Assembly (NCBI RefSeq): GCF_009914755.1
Contig: NC_060925.1
Length of the DNA: 64,000 bases
Strand: one strand, 5' to 3'
Origin: the human T2T-CHM13v2.0 reference genome, Homo sapiens
The first letter of the stretch is position 1, and each line of letters starts with the position of its first letter. Below the pieces are notes generated by a model that saw only the letters and a program-made list of their open reading frames with translations, was not told the origin of the DNA and did no database searches. A program made the position numbers and the translations under genes. Positions 18,821-64,000 of this stretch are shown one piece after another.

Positions 18821-20170
18821 CCTTGGCTTTTTAACAACATGAAGGCACTTCCTATGAGTCAGATCCTGTTCTAAGCACTTTACATGTATAATCTCATTGA
18901 ATCCCAATTATGATATTCTCTCTCTCTTTTTTTTTTTTTTTTTAAAGAGACAGGGTCTCACTCTGTCACCCAGGCTGGGTAACTATGATATTCTTATTCC
19001 CATTTGACAGATGTGGATATGGAGGTTCAGAATGGCTCAAGTAAAATGGCTTCGGGTTATCTAGCCAGACAGTCTGAAGCCCTTGGGCCTTGCTGTCCTC
19101 TTTGCCAGCCCCCATGCCTTCCTGTTTCTTTCTTCTCTCTTTCTCTTCACCCTTCTGATTATTTCAATAAACCTTCTTGTAGGCTCAAATTCCTCTGAGA
19201 CAGTGTAGGAAAATATGGGGATGGGAGTGGAATTGGAACAGGTCTGATAGGGCTACTTTGCAGCCAGAGAGCTTGAGGCTGAAGGCAGCATCTGGAGTGT
19301 GGATGGTGCCGCGTAGAGAGTTGCTGGCACACCTGCTGAGCTCAGCTGCCTCTGCCAGAGACTAGATTGTGCTCAGCTCTGGACCTCCTAATGCCCAGAT
19401 TTGGCAGCTTGGGCCTTAGAAGCAGCACCACAGGTTCCTCTGCTAAGCCTTGTTCTGAGACCTGCTCTGCAACACCTGCAGTGTAAGGGCACTCCTTCAG
19501 TGAGTAAAATCACAGCTCCTCTCCCACCTCTCTGCTCCGCTCAGGAATGTTTTCTTGAACACTCCTGGGAAAATGAAAATGTTGTTATGTTGTGCAAGGG
19601 GAAGCTGGGTAAGGTGGGAAGAAGAGAGCCAGAGGATAGCAGGCCTGGGCAGGCAGGAGGGCCCTGGGAACCATCTGGGGCCTTGGGGTAGTGAGGGGGA
19701 TGCTGAGTGGGGAGGTGCTGCTGGGGGAGCTGGGAGAAGGGGCCCCACTTTCTGGGGAGGAAGAGGACATCATCCCCAGCAGGAAGGGCCCGCAGGACCC
19801 TGGAGCAGCCGCTGGGGCCTTGAAGGGGCCCACTGGGCTGCTGGTTTCCTGGGGCAGGAAGTCCTGGCTGCAGCCAGAATTTGGCCAGGGGAGGGCAGCT
19901 CAGGCAGGAGGAAGGTGCACAGTGGGGGAGGTCTGGAGCCTGTCCTCCCTTCCTGCTCGCCTCTCTTCTGCTTGCTCTGTTCCCTGCCAGCCTCTGTTTT
20001 TCTCTCGCTCTGACCTCTGCATTGTTCCTTCCCTCCTGTCTTTGACGCCTTTCCTTTCTCTCTCTCTGACTCTGGTTTCTTCTCCTTTCCCTCTGCTCTC
20101 TCTCATTCTCTCTCTCTTGCTCTCCTGAAGGGGAATTGTGATGCCTGTAGCTGCTGTGCCCAGCTCCAGG

Positions 20171-20238
20171 GTAAACAGAGTTGCTTGCAGGATGGTAGGG
20201 CCCGGGTCCATTGCCTGGCCACCTGTTGCCATGGTGAC
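20171..20238. promoter_or_regulatory. Forkhead motif (GTAAACA 20171-20177) + RFX X-box (GTTGCCATGGTGAC 20225-20238)
   Basis: Motif matches only; function not shown. Confidence 0.45.
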
Positions 20239-21275
20239 CCAGAGGCAGCACAGGCAGCAGCCTTGGCTGTCTGGCAGGTAGGGCAGGGGTCTGAGGAGGG
20301 GAAGAGGCCGGGTCTGTCCTTCACAGCCCCAGAATGGCCCACCCCACCGTCAGGGCCTGTGGCATGGGGGTGACTGCCTGTGAACATGGGTTCTGTACTG
20401 GGTGCTGTCAAAGCAGCTCCCCTGAGGGGGGGGGTCACACGGAAAGGGCGGGTCATTCATACTTGGGGTCAGACTCAGACTGCCTGTGTTCTAATCGCTT
20501 CTGGCCACTTTTGTGGTCTGCTGGAGGTAGAGGGTGGGAGGTGGCAAATAGCCCCAAGGGAGGAAGCCACAGGGAGGCAGCTAGTGAGTGGGACATAGGG
20601 AAGAACAGGCAGATTTGCTCTTTAGCAGAAGGGTCTCCCTTGGAAGGGAGTGAGCCCTCTGCTTCTGGGAGCAAACAAGCTCATGCTGGACAGCCACCAG
20701 AGGCAGTGTGGCGGGCTGAGATTTCTGCACCTGAGAGAGGCCTGTCTAGCTGAACCTGAGGTTTCCTCCCACTCTGAGAGCTGAGAATTTATAAAGTACA
20801 GTTTTCAGCTCCCTGAGAGTTTGCAATTTCCTCACTGACAGTGGCCCAGTGGGACAGTGTTCTGGAAAGTGCCTTGACCCTGGACCATGCTGGAAAAGGG
20901 TACTGACACCATCACGGCCTCCTGCAGAGGACATAAGGGTAGACAGGGAGGGGAGCTTCTTGGAAGTCCTGGCTCCAGGTATGGGTCCTGGCCTAGCATG
21001 TCTGGTTAAGGAAGAGCCGGTGGATGTCACAGATGCCTGGGATGCAGCAGCAACTGTCCTGCCTGCCAGATGAGAGAGAAGCAGTTGTACAAAGTGGTCA
21101 AGCAGTCTTAGCTTTTGCGGTAAGCAGACTTGGGTTGATGTCTCAGCTCTGCCCTTTCCTGGCTGTGTGATTTTGTGTGCATATATGTGCAAGTTACCTT
21201 TTCTGAGACTTTGTTTCCCCATCTGTAAAATGGGAATAATAACAACATTCAGGTATTAAGGCTGTGTGATGATTA

Positions 21276-21902
<627 letters not shown>

Positions 21903-23769
21903 TAGTTCATTACAGTGCTTGGCCACATTAATTAAATATACAAGGAAGAATGATTGTTCTCAATCTTACCTGCCGCCCACCACTTTCGGTTTTATAAACT
22001 GAGGAAGCTGAGTCCGGAGAGGTTGAAACACTTGCTCCTGTTAGGTTGTTAGTTTTGGGCATAAGGCAGGGACAGCGCCCAAACAATACGGAGGAGCTGA
22101 ACCCCGGCCCACCCAGCCTGGCCCCTGTCCTGCAGGTTCCTGTCCATCTGCACACAGGGTCAGACTCTGCTCACACTCTGCAGCCCAGCTGCCCCTCGGT
22201 GTAGCAGATCTCCTAGGGAACTTCATGTTCAGCGGCTGTCTCCCTATCTAGACCTTGGCTCTGTGAGGGCGCGGCTCAGGCTTGCCCACGCTCCCCACTC
22301 CCTGCAGGCCTGACTCAGTCTCTCAGTAAGTGCTGGCATAAAAGGAAGGCAGGACCATGGCAACTTACAAAGCTGTTCATGTGTTCCCTCCTTTGCACCT
22401 CACAACAATCTACAAAGTATTTGGGATTCCCATTTTACAGATGAGGAAACCGGTCTGTGGGGGGTGCTCACTTGTTGAATGAATGAATGGAGAGAGGGGA
22501 AGCAAGTTGCCCAGAGACCTCCCCATCATCCCCACCCCGCTCCCTGTACTGAGGGTGGGGCCGGGATTCAAATGCAATCTACCTGTCTCAAGAACCCACT
22601 GTCCACCAGCAAACCCTCTTTCCACATTTCTGTTTCCCAAAGTGAGAACAAACGCTGCTAGAGTCTGGTTGTTTAGGAAAGACAAGTCCCCATCCAGCCC
22701 AGCTGCTGCATCCTCTCCAGCCTCCTTGACACCGCTTCCTCACACGTGCACAAAACTGCACAGTTAGCCAGGTGCCTTTAGCTTCTCTCCTTTCATCCAC
22801 ATGCAGCAATTCATGGAGCTGGGTGGGAGTGCTTGTCTTTCTTTAACCAAGGAGGAAACAGCTTCTCAATAACTTGCCCAAAGTCTGCCTAACTAAGCCC
22901 TTTGACTGAAGACCTTAGACAGAGAGCCCCCTGGGGCTCAGTTTCTCCACCCATACAAGCAAGCAGGTGTCTTCAAAGCCCTATTCACCTCGTGGTGCCG
23001 AGGAAAGGGCTGTGCTCGAGCTCTGGCTGGGCACCTTAGGCAGGACTTGAGATGTCTCTGAGTGCGGGATCCCTATGTACCTCACCAGTGATAGCACCTC
23101 ACATATTTGCTTATGGGTCAAATGAGATGTGAATGGGAAAGCATTCAGGAAATGCCCTCCCTACTCCCCCAGGCCCCTGGTGGTCACCTCTGGGACAGGG
23201 GCAATTCTCAAGATGACCCACAGAGGGTAGGTGTCAGATTTCAGACAAGGTTATTTTTACCCTTGGGGGTGGAGGGAGGCAGGTGACATTTGGACTGACA
23301 GTTCTAGAATGGGGTGAGGGGGCAGGGATGGGAGCAGGGCCTCTAGCGGAGAACCTTGTCTGACCTCAAGGTCCATATTCTCCCTGCCTGTGTGGGGTGA
23401 CACTAGGGAGAATTCGGAACGCACTGAAAAAAATCTCATGCATTTGGTCCACAGCGAGCCAGGCTCTGTCCCCTCTGGGCCCTGGAGATACCAGAAGTAG
23501 AAAGAGTTTCTGCATAGTAGATCTTCATGGTCTGGTGTCAATCAAATTCTCCCACAATTAATTGAACCTTGTCACAATGGAGAGCACTGCAGAAGTGAGG
23601 TACACGGGTGCCCGGGGTGCTGAGGGATAAGGAGCATTACAGAGATGGCGGAGCAGGACAAGTGTTCCAGGCAGAGGGAGTGGCACGGGCAAAGGCCCAG
23701 TGCTGGGAGATGGCAAGCTGCACATGAGGACCTGAAAGAAAGCCAGTGTGACTGGGTCACGCCATGGTG

Positions 23770-24611
<842 letters not shown>

Positions 24612-24984
24612 GTGTGAGCGAGACTGGAGGTGTGGGCGAGACTGGAGGTGTGGGCAGGGGTGGCCCATGAAGGGCCTCAGAGACCTTGTTAATAAGGAGT
24701 TCTTCCTATAAGCCAAACCCTTTCAGGATTGGAAAGAATCTTGGAGACTCTCTGGTTAAATGCCCCATTTGACAGATGAGGAAACTAAGGCCCAGACATC
24801 TAATAATAAAACTCACCTTTTTATAATCATTTACCATGTGCCAGAGATCAGGCTATACACTCTGCTTTCTGCTTTCACCATATCTTCCCCTTAAAATATA
24901 GCTGGCATTTCACATCTTATTTAATTTAAATTAGCAGATTGACTTGATTTTTGCCAAAGATGTTTTCTCTCAATAATTAAAAAA

Positions 24985-25665
24985 AATTAATTATTGAAGT
25001 AAAATTCACATAATGTAAACTTAACCATTTTAAAGTGACCAGTTCCATGGTTTTTGGCACATTCACGGTGTTGTACAACCACCACCTCTGTCTAGCTCTG
25101 AAAATTTCCATCACACTAAAGTACTACAATCCCTTACTCATTAGGTAGTTTTTCCCCATTCCCTCTGCCCCCAGCCCCGGCAACCACCAATCAGCTTTTT
25201 GTTTCTATAGATTTATCCGCTAATATGGATACATACAATATGTGACTTTTTGTTTCTGGTATGTTTCACTTAGTATATCTTTTTGAAATTCATCTATGTT
25301 TTAGCATGTATCAGTACTTCATTTATGTTTATGTCTGAATAACCATTCATTTGATAAAGATACATATACAGATATACATATATATCTATATACATACATA
25401 TATATTACAATTTATTCATTTATTAATGGATATATATTCATTTATTAATGGATATTTGAGCTGTTTCTACCTTTTGCTTGCTGTGAATAGTGCTGCTATG
25501 AACGTGTATGTGCATGTATTTGTACTTGTTTTAGTTCTTTTGGGTATATAACTAGGAGTGGAATTGCTGGGTCATATGGTATTTCTGTGTTTAACTTTTT
25601 GAAGAACTGCTAAACTGTTTTTCATGGCGACTCAACCATTTTACATTCCCACCAGTAATGTACAC
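24985..25665 (-). mobile_element. L1M (L1MB-like) 3' fragment
   Basis: aaattcacataat...ttaaccattttaaagtg...ggagtggaattgctgggtcatatgg...ccattttacattcccaccag. Confidence 0.8.
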
Positions 25666-28600
25666 AGGTCCCGTGAATTTCCTGGCAGCAGGCCCAGGCC
25701 AGAGACCTCACATGACTGTGAGGCTGGAGCAAAGCCGCTTGTGCGCTGCCCCATGCAGCTCTGGTCCTGTTCCTCCTTCCAAGTTTTTCAGTACCAAAAA
25801 GCCCTGTGTACTGGCTTTTCTCCCATTCTACATGTCCTTGGTTCCTTAGGATCCCTCTCGGGGCTGCATGAGCCAGGCACCAGGGGTCATGATGCTTCCC
25901 CCTACCCAGGCTGTGCAGGGAGAGCTCTCACCTTCCTTTGACACTTAGAAGTCCTGTGTCAATAGTGCCAGTTCTATGAGTGAGGCTGTCACATATGCAG
26001 ACTCCTTTCTGACCCCCATACCAAGGAAGATGCCAAAGTGACAAGGGGAACAAACACATTGGCCTGGCTGTGCTTGCTGCCCGTTAAGAATCTGGCTCAG
26101 CCTCAGCCTGGTGACCCTAAACAGCAATGGCAGGGTCTGGGTCAGCAAGACACAGCTCTCTCCATGCAATGTTGGAATGAGTGTCTCCAGTCTCTTATTG
26201 CTGATGGGAACCTTGTGAAAGGACCTGCATCTCCTGGACAAACCAAGACACCTATGGCAGTGCAGGCCCCACCCCCTGAAAAGCATCACACTACTTGACT
26301 GACTGACCACGCCAGCACTATGGATAAACCTCAAGCCTTTTAGGTTAACTCCTGTCTGCCACAGATTCTCAGGAAAAGAGATCATCTTTCTAAATGCAGA
26401 TTCACAGGCAGATGACAGTCCATGACCTGAATAACCTCTTAGTGAAGATTTTCAGATTCTGCTCCACATTCTGGGATGCTTACCAGGGCTTCAGATTTAG
26501 GAGGAGAAAGTTTATTTTATTTTATTTTATTTTTATTATGACCTCTATCCAGGCCTCCTTTCCTTGCATGCAAAATCAGTGTGATAGAAAGGAGAATGAA
26601 CAACAAGCATATTGTGGTATTAGTGAAAGAAGCACCTACCATTTGGAAGCCCAAAGAGGAATGTTTATTTTTTTAATTTTTATTTTTACTTGTAAAAATA
26701 AAATATTTAATTTATGATCTTGAAAAAAAAAAGAATTGCTAGGGTAATACGTATGAGAACTGCTAGCATAGGACCTGAGACTTAGTAGGCATTCAATAAC
26801 TGTTCACCAAATGAATACATATAGGAGATGCTTCATAAAAATATTGGTTCAATTCTCTACCTTTCCAACTCCCAAATCTTGAAGAATGTCAAGTGTGAAC
26901 ACACTTAGTAGCTAAAGGAAAATTAAGATGTTTGATAGGACATTGGGACCATCGTTTGTCTTCTAGAATGAAGATATGATCTGATATTGTATGACAATCA
27001 GAAGCCTGAGGAACAGCCTCCTGGTATCCTTCCTCCCAGCCCTGGGGCTAGCTTTGAGGACGTATGCTCCCTATTTTACCCATGAGTTTGCTGCCCACCA
27101 CTACTACCCTTTTTTTTTCTTGTCTGCTGGGAACCTCAAGGCCCATGCAGCTCTCTTTGGCAGCATCTGGATTCCTAACAATCCTCTCCTCTCTTATTTG
27201 GTTCCTTAACTTTATTTGTTTGTATTTTGGTTCCTAGTGCACGTGCATCCTGTGTGTGTCCCGGGTATGTGTGTAGGCTGCCTCAGAGCCTTTTTTGGGA
27301 AGAAGGCAGGGAATAGGCCAAAAGAGGAGCTTTGGAATGTTGACAGGCAGGAATACTCCTGCCTTGTTGGTGGGGAAAGCACCAGGAGGCTGCCCTTGGG
27401 TTTCTCTGAGAGGCTGGGGGAGAGGGAAGGGGCTGGGGCCACCTTTGTGGGGACAGAGCATGGAATTTAGTCAGCTCCCTCATACTGCTTAGAGTGACCT
27501 GGTTCAGACAATGGGGCCTTTCATGGGGCCTGGCCCACAACTCTGGAGTGGGTGCAAGGCCTCTTCTCCCTGCCCGCCCCTGGGGCCCACCTTCCAGTAC
27601 CTTGTGAGAGGCAGGGGCGGGAGAGTGGGAGGAACAGGGGCTTTGCAGTTTTGCACCCTGGGTTTGAAGCCCTGCTCCATAATCACTGGCTTTTTGAATT
27701 CTCACAGAACCTCTCAAACAAGCTCGTAATCTTGCCCTGCACAGGGTTGCTGTGAGACTCTGGAGAGCTCATGGGTAGAAAGCACTGTGGAAACAGTCCA
27801 CTTTGAACTATGTTTGGGTCCCTCCCAGCTGTATTTCTGTAGAAAGCACCAACTTTATAATGCTAATAGTAAGCACTCAATACATGTTAGCCACAGGGTA
27901 TATGTGTGCCAGGAGCTTCATATACTTGGTGTTGTTTAATTTCCTCCCTATGATGATTCTTGGAAGTGAGTATAATAATCCCATTTTTATAGACAGGAAA
28001 CCGAGACCCATAGAGGTGTAGCAGCTTGCTCAAGGTTATCAACGTTAGTTGTGGAATTGGACTTGAACCCAAGCTAGGCTGACCCCCAAGGCCTGTGCAC
28101 AGCCTGTGTCAGGGTGGGTTACTCCAGAGGTCACCCAGGCGTGCTCTTCCCCTTCAGGGCAGGTAGGTCTCCTTTGCACCAGGCCTGTTGCTCCAGTTGG
28201 GGTCTGCAGGCACTGTGATCTCAGCTGGCTTATCACTTTAGGTCATACCTTCTCCAGAAGTCTTCCATCGTTTCTGGGGACTTCTTGGCCTGGCCCCCAA
28301 GCCCCTCTTCCTCTGTCTCCACCCATCCAGGTATGTAGAGCATTTTCCCACCTGCTCTCATTTGCCCCAGTGTTCACATCACCTGAACCCTTTGCCCTGA
28401 CATTCCTGTCACCTGAACCACAGCCGTTCTGTTTCTCCTTTTTGCTGTTCCTTATGGCCTCTCTGTACCTCAGACCTTCCTCCCACTGTGAGTCTCAGCT
28501 CTCAGACCATTAGTCTTTTCCTTTCTCTCTTCCATGGGCATTTATTTAGCCCCAAATCTGTGCCAGGCACGTGTCCCTGTCCCGTGGAAGCATCTGTCTG

Positions 28601-30932
28601 ATGGGGGTGGCAACTGTGAGGACAGTGACTACCCAGCTTGGTCAGTGCCATGATGGAGATGGTGAGGCTGCAGGGGCATTCTAACTCTCCCTGGGGAAGA
28701 GAGATGCAGGATGAGGAAGAGCTCACCTAGCAGACAGGTGCAGATAAACGGATTCTAGGTGGAAGTGGCACCTTCATGTTGGGGGAAGACAGCGGGAGTG
28801 AGAGTGGTGCTCTAAGGAAACGTATATGGTCTGGAGCTGAGAGTGGCTGCTGGGGTGAGTGGCAGGAGCTACGGTGGCTGGTTCTTGATCCTGAGAGCAG
28901 TGGGGAGCCATCGAAGAGTCCTGAGCAGGGGAAGTGCCTGGTGAGGCTTGCTCTTTAGAAAGGTCTATGTGCTCCTAAGGGGCAGAGCAAAGTCCCATGG
29001 TGGGTGGAGTTATGAGGACCAGGTCTCCCCGAAAGGAAGGTAGTTGTTGAGTTGGATTTGCTTTTTGGAAAGATCCCTCTGGTGCTGTGTGGAGGCTGGA
29101 AGGAGTTAGATCAGAGGCCTGTTTAAGGTCGGATCATTGGGACTTGGATACTGGGCAGAGGGAGGAAACCAAGGTGAAGCCTTGGGCCTGTTTCCAGCCC
29201 CAGTAGCCTGTGGGCCCAGTAGCCTGTGGGTCTGTTGTCAACTTGCCTAGAAGGAGCCGTGGCCCAGCAGGGCTTATATTGGCCCCTGCAGCTGGGTGGC
29301 CCTGGGCCAGCTTTTCCCTCTGTGCCTTAGTCCCCCAGGCTGTGAACGGATTGGGTGAGGGGGTCTCTCCTGCCCTGACCCTGCAGGTCTGTGACATGAC
29401 TCTGGCTCAGGAGGAGGGACACAGAGCCCATGGTGTGGCTAGCTGGGGCCTAGTCTAGCATTATCAAGTCTGGCCAGGTCTGCCAGGGCCTGGGGCCAGC
29501 ACTTGGCACAGCTGCTGTCTGAGAGGGCACATCTCCGACCTCTGGGTGTCCTCCTACCCTTGCAGTGGTTCAGCCCCCGCCACCCTGGTAGCTCTCTTGG
29601 CTCGGCCTGCCTGGCTGCCCAGGCCCTGACTCTATCCAGGGCCTCTCCTCTCCCTATGACTGGCCCTGGGAGGAGTGGCCCAGCTCTGGAGCCCCATTGG
29701 CCAAAACTTGCCTGGGCTGCACACACCCCTGCCTCCCAGACTGGCTGCCTGCCCACCTTGGGACTAGGAGGCCTGGCCTGGCATGCCCTAATGTGGGCAG
29801 ACTGCCTTGGAGCCCAAGGAAGGAGTGGAGTCTGAAAGGCTATGCCTGGGGCCACCTGCTGCTCTGTCCCTGCTGGCTGTGCTCCAGCCCACGGCTTCTG
29901 CGCCCCTCTCTTTGAGGGGAGTGGTGGAGATAGCAACTGCGAGGCTTGTCTCTCAGTGTGCTTCAGGGGCCCTGCTCAGAGGAGCACAGTATTTCCATTC
30001 TGACGGGGTTCTAGAGCTTCCTCCCTGGGAATCTCAGCTGGGTATGCAAATCCCAGGCTGAGTTAGGCCCTGGACTCCTGGAACCAGGGGTACTTTAGGG
30101 ACTGGCAATTCTCTGTCCTACTTGGTGAGTGACAGATGTGGCTTGGGAAGGGGGAGACCCTGCTCAGGATCACACAGCACTTGAGGGACACAGGTAGAAT
30201 TTGAACTCAAGTCCGTCTCTGTTTGTCCCTCCACAAACCTTTGACGATGTCCTCCTGTGTGCCAGGCCCCTCTAGGCCCAATTTGTCTTTGTATTCTCTA
30301 TCTTTGCCCAGGGCCCCGTACAGAGGAAGTGTTTGGTGAATGAACAAATGAACAAATGAACCAGTGAGCAAGGCACAGGTCCTGGCTCCCGTGACATAGG
30401 GTCCAACAGGAAGGTAGGGACTCCTGATTCACAGAACAGGAAACGGGAGTGCATGGGAGGAGGGGTTGACCAGGTGAGAAGCAGAGAGAGGACCAGAGCT
30501 TAGGTATCATGACTGCTGGTCCAGGACTGTGCCCGTGTTCCCTTGTTGGTGAAATGGGTCAATAGTTCTTGCCCTCGTCCTCGTGAGGGCTCAGAGAAGT
30601 GGCGGACGTGCCCAGGCTGGTAAAGCGGGGGTGCTGTGTGTCGGCGTCCCTGTGTGTGTGTCCAGACTGCCCAGAAACCCCAGGCAGTCTGCCCCTTTTG
30701 TTCTGCCCCTTTTGTTCTGCCCAGTTGCCCTCTGCAAGTGGGCATTGTCTCCCCATTTCCTCAGCTCTCCCTAGGGCTTCTTTCTGGAATTTCTTCCCAA
30801 TACCCCTGGCTATGGGAGAGGTTTGGGAAGAGTGTGGACGAATGGAGTCTTGCCTACCACCTCCCTCTACCCACTCCCACACCCCGAAAGCCAGCCACCC
30901 GTATCCATGCAGGCCCCCAGCGCACAACCAAG

Positions 30933-30987
30933 CGGGAAGTGCCTTGGCAGTGGTTACCATGGCGATGGGTCCTGCTGCTTGGACAAC
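30933..30987. promoter_or_regulatory. ETS-like (CGGGAAGTG) + RFX X-box (GTTACCATGGCGAT 30953-30966) + degenerate X-box (GCTGCTTGGACAAC 30974-30987)
   Basis: Motif matches only, 1.6 kb upstream of ACOT11 exon 2. Confidence 0.45.
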
Positions 30988-32430
30988 ATCGGCCTTCCAG
31001 CTACCTGTGAGAGCCCGCAAGCCAGGCAGCCTGGCACCCTGCAGGCCTCCACCCTGGCTGAGAGCTCCTGGGATGGCTGTCTTCCTGCCTCCCCTTGGTG
31101 CCCAGCCTCCTACCCAGGGGCTCTTGGGAATAAGCCGTGTTTCTGCGAACCCATAAGCCGTTCTGGGTCAGACAGGCCTGGTTCAAATCCTGGCTGTACC
31201 ACATGGGGGTCAGTGACTTTGAACAAGCCACCTCGGTGTGCTTGAAATTGAATTAGCTATGGGAGGCTCACTGGGGGGAATTATCTAAGGAGTATACACC
31301 AGGTGCAAGAGCTACCACTGCCAGCATCCTGCAGCCGTGGCAGGCTCACCATTGGGGCATGCTGCTCTTTGCCACTACAGCCAAGCCCAGGTCCCTGGAC
31401 TCCTCATCTCAGCCCCAGGAGGCCCTGCAAGCAGTGTAGTGTCGGGGGTAGGAGCTCAGGCTGCAGCAGACCTCTGGGGTCACAGCTGAGCTTTGTCACT
31501 TACTTGGGCTCCTCATCTGTAGGATAAGGATAATAAGGCATCTGTCTCATAGGTTTGTTGGGAGGATAAAATTTAATTGGATAGTACAAATAAAGTACTT
31601 GTAAAATTATGTGACACCTAAGTGCCATATAAACATTAGTGGCGACTGTCATCACCACCACACAATTGGCATTGGCCATGAGAATCGGAACCCATATGCC
31701 TGTCCCTCCTCATTTTTCTCACACATGCAGGTGTGCCCAGCTCTTGAGCTCATGGTCTGCTTAGGGATGGCAGGCTGCTAGCCCCTTTCCTCTTCCTCCC
31801 TTCCAAAGGACTGATGGGCGCACCCCACCTGTTCTGCTTGGAGAGTAAGACATGCTGGTTCCAAGCAGAAACCCCAGCTCTAATTCATTAGTTGGAGAAT
31901 TTTCTCAGCCAGTTTTCCAGCTGGCAGCTGTTGTACCCAGCCCTGGATCAGACAGCTGGTCTGTGACTGCCCACAGCCCTCCCAGTCAATAGATCCAAGT
32001 GCTAGACATTAGCAGGCCACAGAGGCTGTCCTGATGGCCTCTGAAGATGGAGGGAGCCCAAGAAAGGAGCCCTTTGGGGATGAAATCAGAGCGGCTTCTT
32101 GAAACACTGTATTAGGAACAGTTCCCTGGGCTTGACTGCTATGGAGCTCTCTAGGCCTCCCTGCATAGAGAGGGGACTCTTTCCAGAATGAACGTAAATC
32201 TAAGGCAACACTTTAAACAGTTGGCCCAGGAGCTGAAGCAAGGAGGACTGACTTCTCTGCATGGTTTTGTCTCCACTGGCCCACTCGGGTGCAAGGCCGT
32301 GTTCATGTGCAGTTCTTGGCCAGAAGGAAACTGGGCAGAAGCAGCAATCACAGATATCCTGGGGTCCGAGACCACGGGCTGGAGGGTGGTGACCACTCTC
32401 GGGTTGGGGTCTGGTGGGAGGTGGCCCTAG

Positions 32431-56995
<24,565 letters not shown>

Positions 56996-57081
56996 ATGCC
57001 CTCAGTGGCCACATCATGCCCACTCCCACTCCATCCTGTCCCCAAGGACTCACATACAGTGCCTGGAGAAAGCCAAAGACC

Positions 57082-57087
57082 TTTATT
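57082..57087 (-). terminator. FAM151A: FAM151A poly(A) signal (AATAAA on minus strand)
   Basis: TTTATT on + strand, ~64 nt beyond the FAM151A stop codon. Confidence 0.8.
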
Positions 57088-57150
57088 TCTTCCTGCCTCC
57101 CCGTGGGAAGCCTCCGCCCTGAGGTCCGCTGGCCCACCACCCCTGGGTGC

Positions 57151-64000
<6,850 letters not shown>

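Noticed and set aside
19541-20251. 236-aa minus-strand ORF
   Set aside because: Non-ATG start; the R/E-rich part is simply the reverse of the CT-rich tract; no recognisable domain.
22352-22364. Additional RFX half-sites (CCATGGCAAC here; CCTAGCAAC at ~8010 and ~51810)
   Set aside because: Half-sites are frequent by chance and lack the second arm; not counted as X-boxes.

Overview
Human (primate) genomic DNA, recognisable as the ACOT11/FAM151A locus (chr1p32). Positions 1-32.5 kb are repeat-rich ACOT11 intron 1; exon 1 lies upstream of the window. ACOT11 (+) coding exons 2-16 run from 32536 to 56995. All have GT-AG boundaries and a continuous frame. They total 1752 nt, which with an 11-codon upstream exon 1 gives the 594-aa two-hotdog + START isoform. 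FAM151A (-) runs convergently: part of exon 3 plus exons 4-8 (64000 to 57151). Its last coding exon lies antisense inside the ACOT11 3'UTR. Repeats include more than 30 Alus, an old L1 broken up by Alus, MLT1 and LTR8-like LTRs, and a young SVA_F1 with a MAST2-derived leader nested in two older Alus. Exon numbers, isoform names and repeat subfamilies are from memory, and repeat boundaries are approximate. I see no new protein-coding system. The best new-biology candidate is regulatory and is inference: three RFX X-boxes, two with adjacent forkhead motifs. Two of them sit in candidate unannotated ACOT11 5' exons that splice in frame to exon 2; the third is a perfect palindrome at the ACOT11 poly(A) site inside FAM151A's last intron.
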